This document shows positions 52,881-64,000 of a stretch of 64,000 nucleotides of DNA, piece after piece. The stretch is from Octopus vulgaris. Its lineage: Eukaryota. Position numbers and translations under genes: made by a program. Within the stretch, counting starts at the first letter, position 1. Every line of letters begins with the position of its first letter. The notes beneath the pieces were generated by a model. It was not told where the DNA came from and did not search any database. It saw only the letters and a list, made by a program, of their open reading frames with translations. The DNA is taken from NCBI GenBank assembly GCA_951406725.2, contig OX597830.1:2976001-3040000 (forward strand). The letters run 5' to 3'.

Positions 52881-53811
52881 GTTTTACCAGAATAATTATT
52901 GTAGAGAATTGAGAATTGCGAAAGATTGAGGTTTCTGTTCTGGTAGCAATAATAGAGGAGGAAAGGGAGATCTATAAAGACTTGAGAGCATGGAGGGGAG
53001 GAGGGGTGGAGGAGGAGGAGGGGGAGGAGAAAGCATTGGTGGTTTGAGGAGTTTTGTTAATATTTAACCCTTTTATGACCATCCCACGTAAGACTACTCT
53101 TAGTTCTGTTAAACAAAACCAGCCACAGAAGTCACTGTGGAAATGCTAGAAATGGCAGAGAAAAGAGACAGCATGTCTGTGATCCACAAAACACCTATGT
53201 TTTCAGTGAGAGGGTAGATTACACCAGCAAAATGACATGACACAGAATAAAAGCAGAAAGATTCTTCAATCGTACTCCTGCCCACCAAAAATGTTTAAAA
53301 TATAAAGATTAACACCATAATGACAATACATTATCCACCCTGTTCTATTGTTCTATTGACATATCTAAGAGGTTTTTATTTCATATACACTGTACAATAT
53401 CAATGCTTACCATAAACAATTTGTTTCCATGTATCATAGGATTTCTATAATGCAATAATTTGGGCCTGTTTCCGAGCCAGCCTCTCCCCTCCTAACTCTT
53501 CTCTAATCAATTGCCATTATCCATAAATACTTAACGACTTCCTATTTCATAGCCAATTACGTCAAACATTTCTCCATTTTTGTTATTTATTATTTATAAA
53601 TCAATGTTTCTAAAATACCAGAGAGATTAGACATCTCATGCTTAAACATTGGAAAACAATATTTTTGATGGACAAACATCGCTAGTTTAAGTGAACCGTA
53701 AAAACCTTAAAAATTCCACAAATTTTTAATAACTAATGAAGTAAAACACTATTTTGGATCCTTTTTATTAAAAGAATAATTAATGGAATTCAAATAAAAT
53801 CTATTCTTGGG

Positions 53812-53812
<1 letters not shown>

Positions 53813-53848
<36 letters not shown>

Positions 53849-53897
53849 GGTGATAATAATGATGATGATGATGATGATGACGATGACGACGATGAAG

Positions 53898-53947
<50 letters not shown>

Positions 53948-54053
53948 GACGATGATGGTGACGACGGCAACAACGATGATAATAATAATAATAATAATGA
54001 TGATGATGATAATAATGATGATGATGATGATGATGACGACGACAACGATGAAG

Positions 54054-54083
<30 letters not shown>
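53813..54083. repeat. Compound (AAT)/(GAT)/(GAC) microsatellite
   Basis: Directly visible; gacgatgaagataataat occurs twice. Confidence 0.95.
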
Positions 54084-54086
<3 letters not shown>

Positions 54087-54579
54087 CATTAAATCTATCA
54101 GCCAGAGTCATTAAAAGGTCACATCACACATTAAATTTATTTGCATTTTTTGCAGAAAGACTATTTAAAAGTTTTATATCGTGTTTTAATGAATTAAAAT
54201 TTTAGCAGAGGTGTGTTAGAAACAAGCCTACCTCAGACATTATCTCATTACGAGGTGTGTGTTTGACATTAAAGCTGAGTTAAATGTGAACTACTTTCTA
54301 TGTGGTATGAGAAATGAATGAGTTTAAAGGGGAAACATAAATAAGTTGTAAAGCTTAAATATAAATTTATGATTCCAATATCTGAGCTAAATTATTTGAA
54401 GGACTTTTCTACCGAGAACATTCCCATTTATTTTCTCAGTTGTCATATTTTTGATGTATCTTCTGAAACGGTTGACATTAAATTCTGGTGGAGGAGATTC
54501 ACTTAAAATGACAACAGAGTCTGAAAGCATTACAAATGTTGTTGTTGCTTGCGTCAGCCCTTGATATTTTGTTTTGTAG

Positions 54580-55610
54580 TTTTATCTTTTACCTTTTACT
54601 TGTTTTCAGCCATTAGACTGTGGCCATGCTGGGGCAGTACTGCCTTGAAGAATCTTTAGTCAAATGAATCAGCCCTAGTACTATTTTTTTCCAACACACA
54701 CACACATGCACATATGCACACACACACACAGATACACACATACACACACACACACACAATGGGTTTCTTTAAATTTCCTTCTGCCACGTCTACTCAGAGG
54801 ACTTTGGTCAGCCTGAGGCTGTAGAAGACAAAACACATTGCTTAAATTGCCAAGAAGGCTGAGGGTGTCTTGGCATCACTCACCAAGTCCTTTGTGAGCT
54901 GCTCTCTGACTATCTATCTGCGGCTTTATATAGCTATGGTAAAACCTCACCTGGAATTTGCATCACCGGTCTGGAACCCTATCTTGCCCAGGATATTAAT
55001 CATCTGGAAACCGTTCAGTGACGTGCAGCCAAGAGAATACCCTCCATTAGGCATTTGCCATATTCTGAATGCCTTACTTTCCTGGGCATGGATACATTGA
55101 CACTCCGACGTCTGGCAGCTGACTTGCCAGACACCCATAAAATTATTAACCATCTTACTAACAATAACTCTGAGCACCTTTTCAAACTCCACCTGTCTAA
55201 CACCCGTGGACATGTTTACAAAGTCAGAAAATAGCACAGCTTCCATGACTTTTGGAAACATTTTTTCACGCTAAGAGTTGCTGAAGCATGGAACAAACTG
55301 CTGGCACCAGTTGTTAGTTGTCCTTCAAAACTTCCATGATGCCTGAGATTCGCCAACACTACACCTGATTTTCTCCCCTCCATACACACGCAAGCATGTA
55401 TCTGACTCATACACTGTTCACTTTCCAGACATTTGTACATTACTTCATATGCTTTATACGCACTTTTGACAAGTTGTGGTGCACCTGAGCACTGTATACA
55501 ATAATTTCATTATTATTATATGACACTTGACCAAGGTGCCATGCAATGGGACTGAACCCAGAATCCTGTGGTTGGGAAGCAAACTTCTTACCACATACCC
55601 ATACCAGCAC
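54580..55610 (-). mobile_element. SINE family A split by a CR1 insertion
   Basis: Breaks at gtagaagaca (54830) and resumes gacacttgaccaaggtgcc (55522). Confidence 0.75.
54831..55520 (+). mobile_element. CR1-clade LINE 3' fragment
   Basis: LYIAMVKPHLEFASPVWNP, TLRRLAADL, TRGH, HFFTLRVAEAWNKL; (ATT)n tail. Confidence 0.9.
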
Positions 55611-56092
55611 CTCCTTGTTCTTATTGTTTCAACAACTCAAAGAAGAGCCAAGGAAACTTTTCCGGGTCTCTGAAACTAGTGCAGGGAGGGTGTGCCCTTC
55701 CTCAAATTGGCTAAAGTACAGAGATGGTTATCTTCCAGCTTAATAATTGACTGCAATGTTTACAATAGAGTGCACCCCATTAAGAGTACCCCACTAACCA
55801 GGTTGTTGGGGTGTTAAACTGGCTGACATTCAGATTCCCACTTAATTAGGCCGTTGTAATTGTTTCAGCTCTCTGCAATCTGAGTTCAAATGACATCAAA
55901 ATCAGCTTTACTCTTTGAGGTAAATAAATAAAATATCAATCAACTATTGAGACCGAATTAACCCTCCTCTTTCCAGCCCTTGTGGTCTTTTCTCACTCAA
56001 AATAGGTTTTGTAAAGGGAGTCAGAAATAAGTAATCACAGCATGGTGCCTACCAAACTTTTCCTCACCATTTTGTGTATCCGACAAGACAGA

Positions 56093-56237
56093 ATCATCAT
56101 CACCAACGTCATGGTCATCATCATTGTCGTTATCATCATCATCAACATCATCATCATTGTCATCATCATCAATATCATCATCATCATCATCACCTCATCA
56201 TCATCACCGCATCATCATCATCATCCTCATCATCAGC

Positions 56238-56287
<50 letters not shown>

Positions 56288-56389
56288 GTCATCATCATCA
56301 TCATCATCATCACATCATCATCATCACCATCATCATTGCCATCATCATCATCGTCATCATCATCATCATAATCACCATCATCATCGTCG

Positions 56390-56438
<49 letters not shown>

Positions 56439-56467
56439 TATCATCATCTTTGTTCATCACCATCACC
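56093..56467. repeat. Long (CAT)n microsatellite
   Basis: ~375 bp, imperfect. Confidence 0.97.
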
Positions 56468-56860
56468 AATGTTTTAATGCCTGCCATGCTTTTATGGGTT
56501 TCACTGGTTTACCTTGTAGCATATCTTCTCATTTTTCAGCCTTTCTTTACTCATCTCCGAATCCTAATGTTCTGAGATCTAATCCTATCCCTTCAGTTGA
56601 ACTCTAAACATCAATAAAAACCTGTCATCTTCCTTTTCATTACAACTTCTTACACTGGCATCAATAAACCATTTTCTATCTGTCCCCAATTCCTATCCCC
56701 CCCCCTCACCATACCAGAGTTCTGTCTTTCTTAACTTTTCTGCTGCCTTTTTGGAACCCTTCAGGGTTGGATGTTACTCTTATTTCTGTGGTGTGCAACT
56801 GTTAATGTTTTTGTATCACCATACAACACCCCCTCACACACACACATCGGTAACCTCATT

Positions 56861-56895
<35 letters not shown>

Positions 56896-57814
56896 CACAC
56901 ACATATATACATATGTATGTATGCATGTATGTATGTATGAGTGTGTGTGTGTATGTGTTGTCTTAACCTTTTTTTCCCTGACTGTATGTAATTTTCCCTT
57001 CCTGACAAAATATAATTATTTTCCTTTGTTCCATAGTCTATTGGCCTGTCCCCTACTTTATGCTACCTAATCACACTTACCATCTAGTTTTTGCTTCCAT
57101 TCAAAATCCTTCACATTCTTCCAGCATATTTACCATTTCTTCAAAGAAGCACTTTTCCTGAAATGTCAAATCTCACCTATCAATGCAACACACAAACTTA
57201 TTTTATAAATTTTATTTCCTTCCTTTCATATGTTTTCCTGAAAATAGATGGTCCTTTTCCCATCTAAGGCATCATTTATTTATGCCACACCCCCTTACAT
57301 TTGCACTGATATCAGGTACATACTTTGGCCAAATTCCTTATTTCCTATCCTTTCTCACAGTTCTCTGGCAATCTGTTCAACAGGATACAAGAACATTGTC
57401 CTCCCACTCAAATCATGTTCTCTCTGACTACAAACTACAAAGAAATATTCTTCCCCAAATAATGGTAAATATTGTGGTTTGGGTTCCTGATTAATTCCTT
57501 AGTGTTTGCCATGTTACTTTCCATCCCCTACCTTCCTTGCTTCAGGTTTAGAACTAATTTTCAACAGATTCTGAAATGAGAACCAGATCGTCATCGACAT
57601 ACCAAAGTTTCCAGACATCCACACCTGAACTGATTTGCTGTTTCCTTGCAAATATGACACAGCATTGTCCAAGAAAATTAACAGTTTCAATTATGTATCT
57701 TCCAAACGAAAATGATATTGGGTTCTATGCCTTGTTTAAGATAAGAATTCCTGCGAACCAAATTAAAAGACTGAAGAACCACAAAAGCCATTCCAATATC
57801 TTTTGTAGTGTGGC

Positions 57815-58130
57815 GTAAAACCTTGTAAAACAATGTATGACCTCGTAACAGTATATATATCTTTTTTTATGTGTATAACCTTGTGATATTCTTTTTTTTT
57901 TTATGTGTGTTTGACCTTATGAAAGAAGGTGTGACCTAATGATTGTCTGCATGATTTTTGAAAAGTGTGCATATTCTTGTGTAAGAGTGTATAACCATTT
58001 GATAGTCTATATAATTTATTTGATTGTATGTATGACGTTGCAAAAGAGTATATGACCTCGTGAAAGAGTGAATAATTTTATGATTATCTGTATATTTTCT
58101 TTTAAAGTGTGTATGACCTTGTGAAAGAGC
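57815..58130. repeat. Degenerate minisatellite
   Basis: Recurrent tgtatgacct(c/t)gtgaaagag-like units. Confidence 0.6.
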
Positions 58131-59093
58131 TTTTCTGAATTCTCAGGTGTAAAGAGGTTTGTTCTTAGTTAATAATTGTTTTTTTTTTTTGCTTCCAGAA
58201 ACATGGCATTTACAGTTTTCAGTTCTGGAACAAAACCAGTTTACATTTTGTCAAAACTAACTATCATGTTCCCTTTTATCTTTTTCCTAAATTTCCCTCA
58301 AATACTTTCAACATTTGGCCCCTCTGTTTTATGTCTCTTTCATTGACTCCCTCAGTGCCACTTCTGTGATCTTTAAGTAATTCAAAATTACACTGTCACA
58401 CTGTGCCGCAATTCATTAAGTATGAAGTCACCTGGCATTACTCAACTAATTAAGTAACCAGAAGACTGTTCAATGGTCCAGTGGTTAGAGTTTTGGACAG
58501 ATGAATCATGGTATTTGTTGTGTATCTCTCACCTCTAAGTTCAAATCTTTTGAGGTTGACTTTGCCATTTCAACTGTCCAGGGTTGATAAAAAGGAAGCA
58601 ACAGATTGGAGGAACTTTCAGAATGTTTGACTGAATATCATGCAGGATTTGCTCTGGCTGTGTGCATTCTGAGTTCAAATCTTACAATGGTCTCTTTAGA
58701 CGGTGGACTTCATAGCCCAGTTTAGTACCACCATGTAGCACCATGGATGCCTCTGACAAAGTCCACTCTGTTACGAGTGTTAAAGCCAGGTTTCCCATTG
58801 AAGGATACATTCCTTCCACCCTGCCCCCCCCCCCCCAATCACAGGGGATCTGTGAAGTCTCTTCAACATTGTCTGCCCTCCTGACTAAAATGTAAAAAGA
58901 CAAATTTTGCAAATTCAAAACACAACAATTTTTGGTTTCATCCTCCCCCCCATCTACACAGCCATCATTCCATCCTTTTCGTCTGTAGCTCTATAATGAT
59001 GTCATTCTTACAGATCGAGTAAATTAAATTCATAAAGATAAAATTGACTGCATTTTAATGTTGTAACAGAACTCATTTGTGGTAGTTGTAAGA

Positions 59094-59095
<2 letters not shown>

Positions 59096-59184
<89 letters not shown>
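59096..59184. repeat. (GA)n microsatellite
   Basis: Directly visible; another at 61953-62002. Confidence 0.97.
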
Positions 59185-59188
<4 letters not shown>

Positions 59189-61282
59189 AGTTGATGTTTC
59201 TGTAAATGAAAAGAATAAAAACTAAGAAAAGAAGCCATGATGGCATTCTTACATGAAAAGAACAATGCTGAATGCTAAAAGAAAATAATCAACTGCTAAC
59301 TGAAACAAAATATGGATCTATTGTTAACAGCTGAATATATTTATCTCGATGAGAGCTTTAATCATGAATAGCTGCAGTCATTTGCATAGCCTTATTGTTA
59401 TGAAATTTAAATTAAAATTTACCAACTAGTACAGACATGGCTGTGCATTTAATAGAATTTCTTTGGAGAGGCAACAGTTCCCAGTTCAATCCTGTTGCAG
59501 AGCACTTTCAGCTAAGGTCTTCATTTGCTTTGGGGATGCAACGGCTTCCAGTTCAATCCCGTTATATAGCACTTTCAGTTAAGGTCACCTACTTTGATTG
59601 ATGGCTGATCAAAGATTTATGAGTGAAGTATGGTAGACAAGAATTGTGCCAACGCATTAATCTACTACTCAAAAATACCTTGCTGTATTTTGATCCACCA
59701 ATGTTATGTTGTTTAATGGTGAAGGAGGATTTCAAAATTTGATAAAGAGAAATTAGTAAGATTTTCAGAGAATCAGTTTCGGGAATTTACACTACTGGGA
59801 GACACTGCTCCAGCATGGCTCCAGTCTAAAGACTAGGAAAAGAAATGTATCATCACCATTGTCAACATCACCATGCTTCTTTATTGCTTATAAGGTCATG
59901 TTCTATGTAATTGGACAATTTCCATTCCAAATTATCACTGTAAAGCCTAACATCCTGAGACCTAAACCATAGCATTTCTTTCTCAGTGTTCTTTGGTCTC
60001 CTGAAGCTAGGAAAGGGCTGGGGGTTCTCACCACCAGCAACAAGTAGGAGCCTTTACAAGAAGCTCAAAATCATAGAAATAACAGCCACATCTCTCTGAA
60101 ATAACAGCCATCTTTTAAAAACAAAAGAGGAATCAGAGAATGTAATGCAAGTCACTCTGGGCTTCCAAAGAAGGTATCAGCATCGACACACAAGAAACAT
60201 GTTTGATCCTTGGTTCACTCAATTGGAATTGATGCTGCTTCAAGCAGCTGTAGCAACAGCAACAGCAGCCGTTCATGAATTTGGACCTGGAGATCTCCAT
60301 TTCCAGCGACTTCGAGGGCCACCTCCCAGTGGTGTCGGGCGTCAACGAAGAGCCCTCGACTACAACAAGACGACCAAAGTTTTTTTTTTTTCCAAGGTCT
60401 GGGGTCTCCCATCCCTAAGCCCTTTGACCATCACCTAATCACCCTTACCTGTCTTGTTGCTTAACAACAACAGCAGTAACAGCAGAGCAGTAGACGGTCA
60501 GAGATAGTCATGCTTTTACTGGTTTTACTAAGTATACTGTATACTGAAGTGGGCATTATAACAATCCAACATTTTAAGGATTATAACAGTGGCGGCGAAG
60601 ATTTAAACAACTCATGAAGAATCAATAAACTCAACAAGGATTTAAACAATGCACGAGGAGTTAACAAACTCACAAAAAATTTTTATTGTGTGAATTTTAT
60701 GAAAATAATCGTAAAATTATGGAAAATTTGTTGGTTGGTGCGCTCGAGTTGCAAAAACAGCAGAGAACTCTATGATGGCTGTCATACTGTGAAGTCAGGG
60801 AAATATGGTGCTCCATAAGTTGAAAAAGTGTTTGTAATCTTTTCGGCATTCTAAGGCCCTGTCTTTTCATTTCTGTCGTTACCATTATATTTCGGAGATT
60901 GTCTGGATTGTGCAGATAGTATTTTTGTATAGAAACACACCATGTTTTGCAGGCCGTGTGCCTAATTAATTTTTGAATTTTAACTGCTTTCGGCAAAAAC
61001 AAACATTTCGCAGTTTTCTACAATTTTTTTTAAACATGATTGATGAAGAAAACATGATAAGGTTCGATAAAGCAACACTCTCCTTGTTAATAAATTTTGA
61101 GAACAAGGAAAGAAATGAGAATACCAACATCGAATGGCTTAAACTTAATGACATTAACGGGGCGAAAAATGCTTCGTCTCTAAGCAATGTCACAACTTTA
61201 GGTGTCGACAAGGACAATAACAAAAGCAACAGCAGTGACAGTAGTAGCAGCTCAGTGACGGCAGCGGCAGCAGCAACAACAA

Positions 61283-61659
61283 GTGGAGGCGCAATGGCCC
61301 AGTGGTTAGGGCAGCAGACTCGTGGTCGGAGGATCGCGGTTTCGATTCCCAGACCAGGCGTTGTGTGTGTTTATTGAGTGAAAACACCTAAAGCTCCACG
61401 AGGCTCTGGCAGGGGATGGTGGCCTCCCCTGTTGTACTCTTTCGCCCCAACTTTCTCTCACTCTTTCTTCCTGTTTCTCGTCCCCGACTTCCTATGCAAC
61501 CGCTGAGCCTGGATGCACATTCATCCATCCGTCAATGCTCTCGGTGTCGGGGGTTGACCTGCTTTCTCTCCTCTGCGGGTCTTACGAATAGCAAAGGACC
61601 ACGTTTCGGACTTCTCCCACTACTGGGATGAAGACTGCTTCGCTCAACAAACAAACAAA
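61283..61659 (+). mobile_element. Relatively young tRNA-derived SINE (family C) with (CAAA)n tail
   Basis: A box tggcccagtgg, B box gtttcgattcc; 12-bp TSD cagcaacaacaa (61271-61282) / cagcaacagcaa (61660-61671). Confidence 0.85.
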
Positions 61660-61949
61660 CAGCAACAGCAATTGCATCTGCAGTCCACGTGGGACATATT
61701 TTCACCCATCCATTTGTATCAGTTCCACGCCAATTTTTGTCATTTCTCCAACACACATTGAACAATAGTTTTAATGTCCAGCACAAAATCACAAATGTTC
61801 TGTCTTTTAGAGAAGGCACTGTTAAACGGGCCATGGCCACTACTGAATAATTCTTCTGCAGATTGTCTGCATTTTTTTTCTGCCTTATTACTGTGCAGCA
61901 TCACATTTCATAGATTTGTGATTTGCTGCAAACTGTAAAAGGGGAGAGA

Positions 61950-62006
<57 letters not shown>

Positions 62007-63839
62007 GGAATCCTTTGTTGTTTTCAGATGTAACAAAACCCTCAGTTCCTTCTAAGACTTTCTCAGTATGACTAAACCATAATTAATTGTTATGAAATTA
62101 AAATTATTAATTACAGAATGATATTGAGCCTCTTGTAGGTATGTCTTCAACTATTGTCTCAGGTCAATCAAAGACATGTGAATGGAATTTGGCAATTGAA
62201 AACAAATGGAATCCTATCAGAATGACCGTTTTTTGTCTTTGAGTGACCAGATTTAATTTGTGGCCCCCTTAGCAGCCCTGCTGGACATTCCGATGCTTTA
62301 GCCAGAAGCCCTCAGCTGCAAACTGATAAGTTTGTTGTCCTTATAATTGATTTAGCTATGTCTTTGAGAATGGTAAACGACAGAATTCATTGAGTGGCAG
62401 ACAAATATGTCCTGTAGTATTTAGCTATGTTCCTTTAATGCACAGCAGTAAAATCCTTTCATCCTTCCAGAGTTAATACAAGACAAAGAATGGTAATTCC
62501 CAAATGACACATCAAAATATCCTTTATTCGAATCCTCCCAAGGTCATTTTTGGCTTTTATCCTTTCTGCTATCAGTAAAGGACAAACACTTGTAATTCCC
62601 ACATGAGGCATAAAACTCTTTTCTAATTCATTATTAGAACCATCATCATCATCATCATCATCAGCGACCATCAACTACTTCCATTTCATGGTTGGAAACT
62701 CAGTTGCTAGGCAACTACACCAGGAGTTATGTAACTTCATTTCACTGATTCCATCCTTAAAAATGTAGATCCTTGTGTCTATCTCAGAAATCTTTGTTAA
62801 CTATTAAATACAGTTAGTAAGCGAAGGCCTATGGCCAAGTGTGTAGAGGGTTGGACTTATAGTGAGGGATAAGGTCATGAGTTCAATTCCTGGACCAGGA
62901 AGTGTATTATGACTTTGAGGAAACAAATTCATTTCACGTTGCCCCAGTTTACTAAACTATAGTTTGTACAAACTGAGGTTCGGTACTGACCTCTGTCTCC
63001 ACTTTCCCCCACCACCTGCACAGCTCTTGGTTGTTCTGCTTGGTCAAGGTGTGAGGACTTTGAAGGCGTTTCTGTCCATTCCTAACCCCACATAAACTAC
63101 CTATAACAATTATCACAAGCAGGGCCAATATTACCAATTCATCTTCCATTCCAGGTGATGGCCATGGTTTAGTGAAACTAAAACTTCAGAGTGGAGAAAT
63201 AATTTTGAAAAAAAAAAAAAATACCAAGAATTTTTAATTGTTACTTATTAAGTAGAACCTCATTAATATACATTGTTCAACAGTTTCTAGCAAGCTAAAA
63301 AAGTACGTTATATTGTCTTTTGATAAGGATCTATTCAGACCCTCCACTACAATGCCAATGTATTGTATCATTGCTGGGGAAATTACTCCAAGTCATTAAT
63401 CATATTTTAGTACTTTTAACATGCAGGTTATAAAGTTTGACAGACAAGGGAAGGTGAAAAACAAAATCAATAAAAAAAAACATTAAAAATTAGTAATTTG
63501 TAGCTTTTATATCAGATTGGGAATAATTTCCTGGTTAATTACTTCCATTGAGTTGACACTGCATGTGCAATATTATGCTGTCTGTAAAATTATATATATA
63601 TATATATATATATACGTACACATACATACATGCATGTGCGTGCACACACACATTTATACAATCATGTAAATGTTGGCACCATACAAGTCGTGTAATTGCA
63701 TAGATTGAAATAAAATTTAAATCTACATAAAGTATCGGTATTTATTTATGCATTGGAAAGTGTGTTTGTTTTTGTCATTTTATTTGTGGAGTTATTGTAA
63801 GCTGTGTCCTCTTGCATTACATGTATACACACACAGAGA

Positions 63840-63901
<62 letters not shown>

Positions 63902-64000
63902 GATATGTATACATATATATTCACATACAGGTACATATGCATATATATACATATACACACATGCACACACATATATATATATATATATGTATATGCATAC

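Noticed and set aside
53749-56607. Long poly-His/Asn/Asp/Ile ORFs (also 9127-9683, 23264-23607, 27432-28318)
   Set aside because: They are open only because they run through microsatellites or the polypurine tract.

Overview
AT-rich, microsatellite-dense, intergenic or intronic eukaryotic DNA. The repeat inventory points to a cephalopod (Octopus-like) genome; this is inferred, not searched. No intact host protein-coding gene is recognisable. The window is a nested stack of mobile elements: tRNA-derived SINEs, RTE/CR1/R4-Dong LINE fragments, a 3'-truncated Penelope-like retroelement with an intact CpG- and hairpin-rich 5' leader, a near-intact mariner, decayed Tc1/mariner copies, Helitron-like elements and several MITEs. 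The most notable observations are: (1) a tRNA-headed SINE carrying a minimal hammerhead ribozyme and a Penelope-style inverted terminal duplication (44.2-44.6 kb); (2) two stages in the apparent birth of a long-TIR fold-back element from a short-TIR MITE by self-targeted inversion (12.2 and 21.9 kb); (3) a 147-aa triple-C2H2 zinc-finger ORF built from an RTE tail, with its ATG supplied by a 178-bp inverted duplication (25.1-26.2 kb); (4) a ~160-codon ORF that reappears when a SINE is removed at 61 kb. All alignments and translations were done by eye.
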